Shown in pieces: positions 24,931-34,252 of a stretch of 64,000 bases of DNA (the stretch's first letter is position 1; every line of letters starts with the position of its first letter). Position numbers and translations under genes: made by a program. The notes under the pieces are model-generated. The model made no database searches. It was not told where the DNA came from and worked only from the letters and a program-made list of their open reading frames with translations. The stretch comes from Pseudomonadota bacterium. GTDB lineage: Bacteria > Pseudomonadota > Gammaproteobacteria > Steroidobacterales > Steroidobacteraceae. Location: positions 2,457-66,456 of the forward strand of contig JAYTNX010000090.1 in assembly GCA_043748075.1 (NCBI GenBank), read 5' to 3'.

Positions 24931-26298
24931 ATGCCGATCGAAGTTCGGGTGCCCGATCTGGGCAGCTTCAAGGATGTCGCGGTCATCGACCTGCTGGTCA
25001 AGGCGGGCGATGCGGTCGAAGTCGAAACCGCCCTCGTCACGCTCGAGACCGAGAAGGCGACGATGGACGTACCGTCCTCGAGCGCTGGCGTGGTGGAGGC
25101 GATCCACGTGGCCAGGGGCGCCAAAGTCAGTGCCGGTGACCTGATCGTCACGCTGCGCGCCGCCGGTGGCGCTACGGTCGGCGCATCGTCGGCGGCGTCG
25201 ACACTCGCCCCGCCGCCGCCGCCGCCGGCTCCGGTCGCGGCCGCTGCGCCGCCGACCATCGCACTGCAGGAACCCGTGCTTGCGCCGCAACCCGCCGCTG
25301 CGGCGTTGACGTCCGGCGTCGGATCGCGCATTCCCGGCGGTCGTACGGACCTCGCCGCGATCGACGAAGCCGGTTTCTCGACGGCGCACGCCGGGCCGTC
25401 CGTACGGCGGCTCGCCCGCGAACTCGGTGTCGACCTCGTACGCGTCAAAGGCTCCGGGCTCAAGGGACGAATTTCGCACGAGGACGTGAAGGCCTACGTC
25501 AAGCAGTTGCTGGGCTCGGGGGGCGGCGCGGTGGCTGCGGCGGGCGTCACAGCGTCGCTGCCGCAAGTGCCGCGGGTGGACTTTGCGGCCTTCGGGCCCG
25601 TCGAGAGCAAGCCGCTGAGCCGCGTGCAACGGATCTCCGGCCCGCGCCTGCACGCCTCCTGGGTCAACCTGCCGCACGTCACTCAATTCGACGAAGCCGA
25701 CATCACGGAGCTGGAAGAGACGCGCACTCGGCTCAAGGAAGCGGCCGCTGGCCGTGGCATCAAGCTGACGCCGCTGGCCTTCATCATCCGCGCCTGCGTA
25801 CGTGCGCTGGCCGAGTTCCCGTCCTTCAACACCTCCCTCGATGAGAGCGGCCAGAACCTGGTCTTCAAGCGCTACTGTCACGTGGGATTTGCGGCGGATA
25901 CTCCGCAGGGCCTACTGGTACCCGTGATCCGCGACGCCGACCACAAGGACGTCTACGGCTTGGCGCGCGAACTCGCGGAGCTGTCCGACAAGGCGCGCAG
26001 CGGCAAGCTGTCCGGCGCCGACATGCAGGGTGGATGCTTCACCGTCTCGAGTCTGGGCGGTATCGGCGGGACGGCCTTCACGCCGATCATCAACGCCCCG
26101 GAGGTCGCGATTCTGGGCGTGTCGCGTTCGTCGATGAAGCCGCAGTGGCGCGATGGCGCATTCGTGCCGCGGCTGATGCTGCCGCTGTCGCTGTCCTACG
26201 ATCATCGCGTGATCGACGGCGCGCTCGGTGCGCGATTCTCGACCTTTCTCGCCGCCCAGCTCGCCGACGTGCGCGGCCTGACCGAAGCCGTACCCTGA
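24931..26298 (+). CDS. aceF: Dihydrolipoamide acetyltransferase E2 with a single lipoyl domain
   Basis: One lipoyl domain ('LVTLETEKATMDVPS') is followed by a Pro/Ala linker and an E3-binding domain ('AGPSVRRLARELGVDL'). The catalytic motif is 'SYDHRVIDGA'. Confidence 0.93.
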   Translation: MPIEVRVPDLGSFKDVAVIDLLVKAGDAVEVETALVTLETEKATMDVPSSSAGVVEAIHVARGAKVSAGDLIVTLRAAGGATVGASSAASTLAPPPPPPAPVAAAAPPTIALQEPVLAPQPAAAALTSGVGSRIPGGRTDLAAIDEAGFSTAHAGPSVRRLARELGVDLVRVKGSGLKGRISHEDVKAYVKQLLGSGGGAVAAAGVTASLPQVPRVDFAAFGPVESKPLSRVQRISGPRLHASWVNLPHVTQFDEADITELEETRTRLKEAAAGRGIKLTPLAFIIRACVRALAEFPSFNTSLDESGQNLVFKRYCHVGFAADTPQGLLVPVIRDADHKDVYGLARELAELSDKARSGKLSGADMQGGCFTVSSLGGIGGTAFTPIINAPEVAILGVSRSSMKPQWRDGAFVPRLMLPLSLSYDHRVIDGALGARFSTFLAAQLADVRGLTEAVP

Positions 26299-26310
26299 GG
26301 CGATGATTCC

Positions 26311-28032
26311 ATGGCGCTGATCGACGTAGTCGTTCCCGATCTCGGCAACTTCAAGGACGTCCCCGTCGTCGAGGTGCTGGTCGCCGTGGGCGACGCCGTC
26401 GAGGTCGACACACCGCTGGTCACGATCGAGACCGACAAGGCGTCGATCGACGTACCGTCGAGCGCCGCGGGCCGGGTGGTCGAGATCCGGGTAGCCACGG
26501 GCATGAAGGTGTCGCGCGGCAGCCTGCTGCTGCGGCTCGAGGCGCTGGCGGGGCCGATCGCGACGTCGGTGGGAGCTCCGGCGCTGGCCGCCGTCGCTAT
26601 GGCGCCCCGTTCCGAAGTCTCCGCAGACCGCGAGGTGCCGCTACTGGTGCTGGGTGCGGGCCCGGGCGGATACACGGCCGCGTTCCGGGCGGCGGATCTC
26701 GGACTGGAGGTGCTGCTGGTGGAGCGTTGGCCGAGCCTCGGTGGCGTTTGTCTCAACGTTGGCTGCATCCCGTCGAAGGCGCTGCTGCATGCGGCGAAGG
26801 TGATCGACGAGGCGGCGACGATGGCCGCGCACGGCATCAGTTTCGGGCCGCCGCAGATCGATCTCACGAAGCTGCGCGACTGGAAGGGCGGCGTCGTGCG
26901 CAAGCTCACGGGCGGGCTGCGCATGCTCGCCAGGCAGCGCAAGGTGGAGGTCCTGCAGGGCGTCGGGCGTTTCGTCGCTCAGAATATCGTCGAGGTGGTC
27001 AGCGAGGCGGGTACGCAGCGCATCGGGTTCCGGCAGTGCATCGTCGCCGCTGGCTCGGAGACGGTGCGGCTACCCTTCGTCCCGGACGACCCGCGGGTGA
27101 TGGACTCGACCGCCGCACTCGAGCTCGAGTCGCTGCCGAGGCGGCTGCTGGTCATCGGCGGCGGCATCATCGGGCTGGAGATGGCCTGTGTCTATCACGC
27201 GCTCGGCGCCGAGGTCAGCGTAGTTGAGTTGACCGGGCAGTTGATGCCGGGCTGCGACTCCGACCTCGTCCGGCCGCTGGAGAAGCGGATCAAGTCGCGC
27301 TACGGCCAGATCCTGCTCGGCACCCGGGTGACCGCGGTCGAGGCACGCAGCGAGGGGCTGCGCGTCACCTTCGAGGGCGCCGCCGCGCCGCCGCCGCAGA
27401 CCTACGACAAGATCCTGGTCTCGGTCGGGCGCGTGCCGAACGGCCGTGCGATCGGCGCGGAGGCAGCGGGCGTGACGCTCGACGCGCGCGGCTTCGTGAC
27501 CGTCGATCGGCAGATGCGCACCAGTGCGCCGGGCATCTTCGCGATCGGCGACATCGTCGGGCAGCCCATGCTGGCCCACAAGGCGACGCACGAAGGCAAG
27601 GTGGCCGCCGAGGTTGCCGCCGGACTGAAGAGTTCGTTCGACGCGCGGGCCATTCCCTCGGTTGCCTACACCGATCCGGAAATCGCCTGGGTCGGGCTCA
27701 CCGAGACCGAGGCCGCTGCGCAGGGCATCGCCGTCCGCAAGGGGTTGTTTCCGTGGATGGCGAGTGGCCGATCGCTGGCGATGGCCCGCGACGAGGGCTT
27801 CACGAAGCTGCTGTTCGACCCGGTCAGCCATCGCGTGCTAGGGGGTGGGCTGGTCGGTCCCAACGCCGGTGAACTGGTGGCGGAGATCGGCCTTGCAATC
27901 GAGATGGGCGCCGATGCGAGCGATATCGGGCTGACGGTGCATCCGCACCCGACGCTATCCGAGACGGTCGCGTTCGCGGCGGAAGCCTTCGAAGGCACCT
28001 TGACCGACCTCTACGTGCCGAAGAAAGGCTGA
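26311..28032 (+). CDS. lpdA: Dihydrolipoyl dehydrogenase E3 with a fused N-terminal lipoyl domain
   Basis: The N-terminal lipoyl domain is 'LVTIETDKASIDVPS'. It is followed by 'LVLGAGPGGYTAAF' (FAD binding), the redox centre 'GGVCLNVGCIPSKALL', and 'HPHPTLSE'. Confidence 0.92.
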   Translation: MALIDVVVPDLGNFKDVPVVEVLVAVGDAVEVDTPLVTIETDKASIDVPSSAAGRVVEIRVATGMKVSRGSLLLRLEALAGPIATSVGAPALAAVAMAPRSEVSADREVPLLVLGAGPGGYTAAFRAADLGLEVLLVERWPSLGGVCLNVGCIPSKALLHAAKVIDEAATMAAHGISFGPPQIDLTKLRDWKGGVVRKLTGGLRMLARQRKVEVLQGVGRFVAQNIVEVVSEAGTQRIGFRQCIVAAGSETVRLPFVPDDPRVMDSTAALELESLPRRLLVIGGGIIGLEMACVYHALGAEVSVVELTGQLMPGCDSDLVRPLEKRIKSRYGQILLGTRVTAVEARSEGLRVTFEGAAAPPPQTYDKILVSVGRVPNGRAIGAEAAGVTLDARGFVTVDRQMRTSAPGIFAIGDIVGQPMLAHKATHEGKVAAEVAAGLKSSFDARAIPSVAYTDPEIAWVGLTETEAAAQGIAVRKGLFPWMASGRSLAMARDEGFTKLLFDPVSHRVLGGGLVGPNAGELVAEIGLAIEMGADASDIGLTVHPHPTLSETVAFAAEAFEGTLTDLYVPKKG

Positions 28033-28095
28033 GGCGCGAGCCGCCGCGATACCGGTTGCGCGCGGGTGGCCACTCGTCGCCCCGCGTTGTCGCCC

Positions 28096-28530
28096 TCAAC
28101 GCAACCGTCGCAGCCGCTCGAGGTAGGCCTGTTCGTCCGGCGCGCGACCGTCGCGTTGTGACTCCCACAGGGTTTCGCCCAGCGCTTCCATCATGCGATG
28201 TTCCGCCTGCAGCGCGCCTCCGGCCTGGACTGTGAGGCTCGCGTGGATCGCGCGGATTCCCGGTGGTCGGTCGGTTTCCACCTGGTCGCGCAGTGCCAGG
28301 TGCATGCCGAGGTGCAGGAACGGATTCGTCGTACCTCGCTGCGGGTCGAAGTCCTCGGCGAGCACCGCGTCCCCGCCTTGCAGCCAGGCGTGATACTCGG
28401 GGTGCTGCGCGACCACGCTGGCGATCTGCGTGTCGAGGGCGCTCAGGGGCAGGTGCTGCTGCGCGCGATTCCAGGCTTCGAGATAGGCGCGACGCAACTG
28501 CTCGCGCGATTGTCCGGCGAACACGGGCAT
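28096..28530 (-). CDS. DUF1841-family protein (144 aa)
   Basis: I trimmed ORF 28096..28641 to ATG 28530, which overlaps the nth stop by 1 nt. Supporting sequence is 'REQLRRAYLEAWNRAQQHLPLSALDTQIASVVAQHPEYHAWLQ', 'NPFLHLGMHLALRDQ'. The family name is from memory. Confidence 0.6.
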   Translation of the reverse strand: MPVFAGQSREQLRRAYLEAWNRAQQHLPLSALDTQIASVVAQHPEYHAWLQGGDAVLAEDFDPQRGTTNPFLHLGMHLALRDQVETDRPPGIRAIHASLTVQAGGALQAEHRMMEALGETLWESQRDGRAPDEQAYLERLRRLR

Positions 28531-29171
28531 CAGGCGGGAGCGGGTGTCTTGCGCGGCAGTTCGCACAGGTCGGTGATCGGGCAGCGCCAGCATTCCGGGC
28601 GCCGCGCCTTGCAGACGTACCGACCGTGCAGCAGCAGCCAATGGTGGGCGTTCAACAGGAACTCCTGCGGCGTGAACTTCAGCAGCCCGCGCTCCACGGC
28701 GAGCGGCGTCTTGCCCGGGGCGAAGCGCGTGCGATTCGCGACACGGAAGATGTGCGTGTCGACGGCGATCGCGGGCACCCCGAAGGCGGTGTTGAGGATC
28801 ACGTTGGCGGTCTTGCGGCCTACGCCGGGCAGCGCCTCCAGCGACTCGCGATCGCGCGGCACCTCACCGCCGTGGCGTTCGAGCAGCAGCCGACAGGTGG
28901 CGATGATGTGGCGGGACTTGGCATTGAACAGGCCGATGGTGCGGATGCGGTGCGACAGGCCTTCCACGCCGAGCGCGAGGATCGTGGCGGGTGTGTTCGC
29001 CTGAGGGAACAGCCGGCGCGTGGCGAGGTTGACGCCCGTGTCGGTCGCCTGCGCGGAGAGAATGACCGCGACCAGCAGTTCGAACGGGGTCCGGTATTCG
29101 AGTTCCGTGGTCGGTGCCGGATTGGCTGCGCGCAGGCGAACCAGGATTTCGCGTCGCTTGACGGGATTCAC
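28530..29171 (-). CDS. nth: Endonuclease III
   Basis: I trimmed ORF 28530..29705 to GTG 29171, which forms a GTGA overlap with the upstream stop. Supporting motifs are '[15 protein letters not shown]', the HhH motif '[14 protein letters not shown]', and the Fe-S cluster loop '[17 protein letters not shown]'. Confidence 0.92.
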   Translation of the reverse strand: MNPVKRREILVRLRAANPAPTTELEYRTPFELLVAVILSAQATDTGVNLATRRLFPQANTPATILALGVEGLSHRIRTIGLFNAKSRHIIATCRLLLERHGGEVPRDRESLEALPGVGRKTANVILNTAFGVPAIAVDTHIFRVANRTRFAPGKTPLAVERGLLKFTPQEFLLNAHHWLLLHGRYVCKARRPECWRCPITDLCELPRKTPAPA

Positions 29172-29770
29172 GGCGGCGACACCTCGGGATCCGCGGCGCG
29201 GCCTGCCTCTTCCGCAGCGGCGCGCTTGCGCGATGCCAGCAGCCTGCGCCGCTCCCCGGCACGGTGCCGCAGACGGGCCTCGCGCGCCTGGAATCGCCGT
29301 TGATTCGCCGCCGGCGAGGGTGCCGGCGACGCCGTGGCCGGCAACGAGGTGCGCGGAACGATCGTTATGCAATCGACCGGGCAGGGCGCGATGCAGAGCT
29401 CGCAGCCGGTGCATAGCGCCTCCAGCACGGTATGCATCCTGCGGTTCGTGCCGACGATCGCATCGACCGGGCAGGGCGGCAGGCAACGCGCGCAGCCGAT
29501 GCAGGCGGCCTCGTCGATCACGGCGACGGTTTCCGGGCCGGCGAGCCCGTGCCGCGGATTCAGCGGCAAGGGCGCCTGACCGGTGAGCGCGGCGAGCGCG
29601 AGAATCGTCGCGTCGCCGCCCGGCGGGCACTGGTTGATCGGCACTTCGCCCGCGGCGATCGCGTCGGCGTAGGGCCTGCAGCCGGTGAAGCCGCAGCGCG
29701 TGCACTGCGTCTGGGGCAGCAGCGCATCGACGGTGGCCGCGTCGGGCGGCGCGAGCGCGGGCGTCGGCAC
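29168..29770 (-). CDS. RnfB/RsxB-like 4Fe-4S ferredoxin; soluble, with no other rnf genes nearby
   Basis: GTG start. The '[13 protein letters not shown]...QCPPGG' region is followed by two ferredoxin motifs, '[12 protein letters not shown]' and '[12 protein letters not shown]', and a basic C-terminal tail. Confidence 0.8.
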   Translation of the reverse strand: MPTPALAPPDAATVDALLPQTQCTRCGFTGCRPYADAIAAGEVPINQCPPGGDATILALAALTGQAPLPLNPRHGLAGPETVAVIDEAACIGCARCLPPCPVDAIVGTNRRMHTVLEALCTGCELCIAPCPVDCITIVPRTSLPATASPAPSPAANQRRFQAREARLRHRAGERRRLLASRKRAAAEEAGRAADPEVSPP

Positions 29771-29781
29771 GCGTCGCGGCC

Positions 29782-31890
29782 TCAGGAAACCTTCATGCCC
29801 GGCTGCACGCCGGCGTCCGCCGACAGCAGGAACAGGCCGCCGTCTCCGCCGGCGCTGAGTACCATGCCCTCGGACACCCCGAAGCGCATCTTGCGAGGCT
29901 CGAGGTTCGCGATCACCACGACGAACCGGCCGACCAGCTCTTCAGGCCGGTAGGCCGCACGGATGCCGGAAAACACGTTGCGCGGCTCACCGCCGAGGTC
30001 GAGCGTCAGCTGCAGCAGTTTGTCGGAGCCCGCCACCGCGCTGGCGGCGGACACGCGCGCGATCCGCAGGTCGAGCTTCGCGAAGTCGTCGAGGCGCACC
30101 TTCGGCATCGCACCAACCGGGACCACCAGATCGACCGGTGCTGAGGCAGCCCGGGCCGCGGCCACCGGGGACGTCGTCGCCGCACGGCCAGCCGACGTCG
30201 GGGTCAGCGACGCCACAGGCGACGCCTCAGACGATTTCACGGGCGACTCCGCGGGCGATCCCGCGGGTGCTTCGATCAGGGTCGCGACGATCTTCGGGTC
30301 GAGACGGATCGCCAGCGGCTCGTAGTGCGCAATCGACACCCCGAGCAGTGGCGTCTGAACCGCGTCCCAGCGCTCGATCGGCACGCCGAGGAAGCGCCCG
30401 GCGGCCACTGCCATCGACGGCAACACCGGCGCGAGAAAGGTCAGCAGCGCACGAAACATGTTGATGCCCTGCGTCGCAACTGCGCGGACTTCATCGGCCC
30501 TGGCAGGGTCCTTCGCCAGCGCCCAGGGCTTGTGCAGGTCGACGTACTGGTTGGCCTTGTCGGCGAGCTGCATGATTTCGCGGAGGGCTGCCGAGTACTC
30601 GCGAGCCTCCAGCGCCGACCCGATCGTCGAGGCCGCTGCGCGGAACTCGTCGTACAGCGCTTCGTCGGGCAGGCGGGCGGCCAGCTGCCCGCCGCCGCGC
30701 TCGATGAAGCCCGCGCAGCGACTCGCGATGTTGACCAGCTTGCCCACGACGTCGGAATTGAAACGGGCGGTGAAGTCGTCCAGCGAAAGGTCGATGTCGT
30801 CGATGCCCGAACCGAGTTTGGCAGCGAAATAGTAGCGCAGCGGCTCCGGCGGCAGACGCTCCAGGTAGCGCCGCGCGGTGATGAAGGAGCCGCGCGTCTT
30901 GGACATCTTCTGGCCGTTCACGGTGAGGAAGCCGTGGACGAATACCGCGGTCGGGCGGCGGAAGCCGGCGCCATGCAGCACCGCGGGCCAGAACAGCGTG
31001 TGGAAGTAGCTGATGTCCTTGCCGATGAAATGGTACATCTCGGCCGAGCTGTCCGGCTCGAGCCAGGCGCCCATGTCGAGGCCACGCTTCGCAGCCAGCG
31101 CCTTGAAGCTGCCGAGATAGCCGATCGGCGCATCGAACCAGACGTAGTAGTACTTCCCCGGGGCGTCCGGTACCTCGAACCCAAAGTAGGGTGCGTCGCG
31201 CGAAATGTCCCAATCCTGCAGCCCGGCCTCGAACCACTCGGCGAGTTTGGCCTGCACCGCCGGCTGCAGCGAGCCGCTCTTCAGCCATTCCCGCAGCATC
31301 GGCTCGAAGCGCCCCAGCGAGAAGAACAGGTGTTCGGATTCGCGCCAGACCGGTCGCGTACCACTGACCACCGACAGTGGGTCGATCAGGTCGGCCGGCG
31401 CATAGGTGGCGCCGCAGTTCTCGCAGCTGTCGCCGTACTGATCTGCGGTTCCGCAGCGTGGGCAGGTGCCGCGCACGAAGCGGTCCGGCAGGAACATTGC
31501 GGCCTGCTCGTCGAACGCCTGCCGCACCGAACGTCGCGTGATGAATCCCGCGTCGCGAAGCCGCGCATACATCAGGTCGGTGAAGTACTGCGTCTCGGGC
31601 GTGTGCGTCGAATGGAACTGGTCGTGGCCGATCAGGAAGCCCTGGTAGTCGGCCCGGTGTTCGGCGGCAACGCGTTCGATCAACGCCTCGGGCGTGGTGC
31701 CCTCGGCCTTCGCCTTGATCATGATCGGCGTGCCGTGCGCGTCCTCGGCGCAGACGTATAGGACGTCGTGGCCGCGCATCTTCTGGTAGCGGACCCAGAT
31801 GTCGGTCTGGACCGCTTCGATGATGTGGCCGAAATGCAGCGGCCCGTTGGCATAGGGCAGCGCGCTGGTGACGAGGATCGTTCTGGGCAT
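29782..31890 (-). CDS. metG: Methionine--tRNA ligase with a C-terminal tRNA-binding (Trbp111/EMAP-like) domain
   Basis: HIGH motif is '[12 protein letters not shown]' and KMSKS motif is 'GQKMSKTRG'. The zinc knuckle is '[18 protein letters not shown]'. The C-terminal domain reads 'LDLRIARV...GIRAAY...[22 protein letters not shown]'. Confidence 0.95.
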   Translation of the reverse strand: MPRTILVTSALPYANGPLHFGHIIEAVQTDIWVRYQKMRGHDVLYVCAEDAHGTPIMIKAKAEGTTPEALIERVAAEHRADYQGFLIGHDQFHSTHTPETQYFTDLMYARLRDAGFITRRSVRQAFDEQAAMFLPDRFVRGTCPRCGTADQYGDSCENCGATYAPADLIDPLSVVSGTRPVWRESEHLFFSLGRFEPMLREWLKSGSLQPAVQAKLAEWFEAGLQDWDISRDAPYFGFEVPDAPGKYYYVWFDAPIGYLGSFKALAAKRGLDMGAWLEPDSSAEMYHFIGKDISYFHTLFWPAVLHGAGFRRPTAVFVHGFLTVNGQKMSKTRGSFITARRYLERLPPEPLRYYFAAKLGSGIDDIDLSLDDFTARFNSDVVGKLVNIASRCAGFIERGGGQLAARLPDEALYDEFRAAASTIGSALEAREYSAALREIMQLADKANQYVDLHKPWALAKDPARADEVRAVATQGINMFRALLTFLAPVLPSMAVAAGRFLGVPIERWDAVQTPLLGVSIAHYEPLAIRLDPKIVATLIEAPAGSPAESPVKSSEASPVASLTPTSAGRAATTSPVAAARAASAPVDLVVPVGAMPKVRLDDFAKLDLRIARVSAASAVAGSDKLLQLTLDLGGEPRNVFSGIRAAYRPEELVGRFVVVIANLEPRKMRFGVSEGMVLSAGGDGGLFLLSADAGVQPGMKVS

Positions 31891-31945
31891 CCGGCGAGTT
31901 TACCGCGTCCCGCCGCCCACGCGGGACGAGCGGCGACCGAGCCGC

Positions 31946-33004
31946 TCAGGCGTCGCGGACGGCCTCGAACTTCGCCTTGTTGATGGCCTTCTTGAACGCT
32001 TCCTTGCCGGCCACCTGCTTCGAGTCGAGCAGTGCCTGGATCGCGCTGTCCATCGTGCGCATGCCGAAAGAGCTGCCGGACTGCATCGTAGTCTCCAGCT
32101 GGTCGAGTTTGCCTTGCCGGATCAGGTTCGCGACCGCGGGGGTGTTGACCAGGATCTCGAGCGCCGCAACGCGGCCGCTACCGTCGGCACGCTGCAGCAG
32201 CTGCTGCGAGACCACGCCGCGCAGCGAGGTCGAGAGCATCGTGCGCACGTGCGGCTGCTTGTCCGCCGGGAACACGTTGACGATGCGATCCACGGTCTGC
32301 GCCGCGCCGTTGGTGTGCAGCGTGCCCATCACCAGAATGCCCATCTCGGCGGCGGTCACGGCGATGCTCATGGTCTCGTAGTCGCGCAGCTCGCCGACCA
32401 GGATCACGTCGGGGTCTTCGCGCAGGGCCGAATGCAGCGCGTCGGCGAAGCTCGGGCTGTGCACGCCCACCTCGCGCTGGCTGATGAGACAGTTCTTGCG
32501 CGGATGGATGAACTCGATCGGGTCCTCGATCGTCAGGATATGGCCCTTCACGCGGCGGTTGATGTCATCAATGATAGCCGCCAGAGTGGTGGACTTGCCC
32601 GAGCCTGTCTTGCCGGTGACCAGGATCAGGCCGGTGGCGGCCCGCGACATCTGGCGAATGGCTTGCGGCAGCGCCAGTTCCTCCATCGACAGCGCCTTGG
32701 ACGGGATGGAGCGCATCACCGCGCCCATGCCGTTGAGATGGCGCATCACGTTGACGCGGAAACGGCCTAGTTCGCCCATGGTATAGGCGAAGTCGGCACC
32801 GTCGTGATTCTCGAAGCGAGTGACTGCCGTCTTCGGCATGATCTCCAGCAGCGTGTCGCGCACGAAGTCCATGCCGAGCGGCTCGGGGTCGAGCGGCGTC
32901 AGGTCGCCGTAGACGCGGATACGCGGCGGGTCGCCCGCGAGGAAGTGCAGGTCTGAGCCGCGACGCTCGAGCACGCGGGTCAGGTAGGTGTCGATTCGTG
33001 GCAT
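31946..33004 (-). CDS. PilT-family type IV pilus retraction ATPase, second of a pair (PilU-like position)
   Basis: I trimmed ORF 31946..33112 to ATG 33004. Supporting motifs are 'GSDLHFLAGDPPRIRVYGDL', Walker A 'GKTGSGKSTT', 'EDPIEF', Walker B 'DPDVILVGELRD', His box 'GTLHTNGA', and 'TPAVANLIRQGK'. Confidence 0.85.
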   Translation of the reverse strand: MPRIDTYLTRVLERRGSDLHFLAGDPPRIRVYGDLTPLDPEPLGMDFVRDTLLEIMPKTAVTRFENHDGADFAYTMGELGRFRVNVMRHLNGMGAVMRSIPSKALSMEELALPQAIRQMSRAATGLILVTGKTGSGKSTTLAAIIDDINRRVKGHILTIEDPIEFIHPRKNCLISQREVGVHSPSFADALHSALREDPDVILVGELRDYETMSIAVTAAEMGILVMGTLHTNGAAQTVDRIVNVFPADKQPHVRTMLSTSLRGVVSQQLLQRADGSGRVAALEILVNTPAVANLIRQGKLDQLETTMQSGSSFGMRTMDSAIQALLDSKQVAGKEAFKKAINKAKFEAVRDA

Positions 33005-33020
33005 GCGGGCGGTGCTCGGC

Positions 33021-34115
33021 TCAAGTCGCCGCGGCGTCGAGCTTCGGCAGCAGGCTCGTGTCCGCGATGTATTTCTGGAACAGGCGCTTCTCGGAGGCGT
33101 ACGAAACGGCATCGTCCGCGTCGAGCTCTCGGCTGGCCAGCCCGGCGAGCAGCGCCTGGTCGAGCAGCTGCGATCCGAGGTCCCGGCCGGTCTGCAGCTG
33201 GCTCGGGATCTGGAAGGTCTGATCGGTCTGGATCAGCTTGGCGATCGCGCGCGTCATCACCATCACCTCGACCACGGCCTTGCGGCCGCGGCCGTCGGCG
33301 TTCTTGACCAGCACCTGGGTCAGCACCGCGAGCAGGCTCGAGGCGAGGAAGCTCTTGGTCTGCTCACGCTGCTCGACGGGCAGCGCATCGATCACGCGGT
33401 CGATGGTCTTGGTGGCACTGGTCGTGTGCAGGGTGCCGAGCACGAGGTGGCCGGTCTCGGCCGCGGTCATCGCCATCGAGATGGTCTCGGCGTCGCGCAG
33501 CTCGCCCACCAGAATCACGTCGGGATCCTCGCGCATCGCGGCGCGCACGCCCTCGGCGAACGAGGGGATGTGGGTGCCGAGTTCGCGCTGGATCACCTGG
33601 CTCTGCTTGCTGCGATGTACGAACTCGATCGGGTCCTCGAGGCTGATGATGTTCAGCTTGCGCGTGGAATTCAGCAGGTCGATCATCGCCGCCAGCGTCG
33701 TGGACTTGCCGGTTCCCGTCGAGCCTGTGACCAGCACCATGCCCTGGTGGAAGTCGCAGAGCTTGCGCACGATCGGCGGCAGGTTCAGCGACTCGAGGGA
33801 CGGAATGTCGGACGGGATGGTGCGGAACGTCGCGCCGACGCCAGTCTCCTTGTGGAATACATTGACCCGGAAGCGGCCGCCATCGGCGCTGACATACGAG
33901 AAATCGAGGTCCCTCCCGGTGGCGAAGTGCTCGGCCTGCTTCTTTGAAAGGATCTCGGTCAGGTAGCTTTCGAGTTCGACGTCGCGCAGGTCGCGAAACT
34001 TGATGGGCAGCAGGTCGCCGTTCATCCGCAGCATCGGCGGAACGCCGACGGCGAGGTGCACGTCCGAGCAGCCCTGTTGCATGCCGAGCTTGAGGAAGGC
34101 GTCGATTCGGGCCAA
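33021..34115 (-). CDS. PilT-family type IV pilus retraction ATPase, first of a pair
   Basis: I place the start at TTG 34115, with GGAG 9 nt upstream. The ORF-track start at 34181 is an alternative. Supporting motifs are 'CSDVHLAVGVPPMLRMNGDL', Walker A 'GSTGTGKSTT', 'EDPIEF', 'DPDVILVGELRD' and the His box 'GTLHTTSA'. The AIRNLIRE-equivalent is diverged ('TRAIAKLIQTDQ'). Confidence 0.85.
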   Translation of the reverse strand: MARIDAFLKLGMQQGCSDVHLAVGVPPMLRMNGDLLPIKFRDLRDVELESYLTEILSKKQAEHFATGRDLDFSYVSADGGRFRVNVFHKETGVGATFRTIPSDIPSLESLNLPPIVRKLCDFHQGMVLVTGSTGTGKSTTLAAMIDLLNSTRKLNIISLEDPIEFVHRSKQSQVIQRELGTHIPSFAEGVRAAMREDPDVILVGELRDAETISMAMTAAETGHLVLGTLHTTSATKTIDRVIDALPVEQREQTKSFLASSLLAVLTQVLVKNADGRGRKAVVEVMVMTRAIAKLIQTDQTFQIPSQLQTGRDLGSQLLDQALLAGLASRELDADDAVSYASEKRLFQKYIADTSLLPKLDAAAT

Positions 34116-34196
34116 GGGCGGTCGCTCCGGAGACGGGCGGAAAAGGTTATTGTTCGGCCGCCGGTGAGGTCCGACGAGCATCGGCTGCCGGGAATT

Positions 34197-34208
34197 TGAC
34201 TTAAGTCA
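34197..34208. promoter_or_regulatory. Perfect 12-bp palindrome TGACTTAAGTCA in the kinase-pilT intergenic region
   Basis: Read directly from the sequence. It is AT-rich against the GC-rich background and lies about 80 nt upstream of the PilT-like start. Confidence 0.3.
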
Positions 34209-34229
34209 CGCCTCGGCGCAACCGAGACG
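34209..34229 (-). terminator. Hairpin downstream of the kinase stop (8-bp stem including one G-U pair, 5-nt loop)
   Basis: The minus-strand RNA is cgucucgg-uugcg-ccgaggcg, starting 24 nt after the kinase stop. There is no clear U-tract, so termination is uncertain. Confidence 0.3.
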
Positions 34230-34252
34230 CACCGGCACTCCCGAACGCGCCC

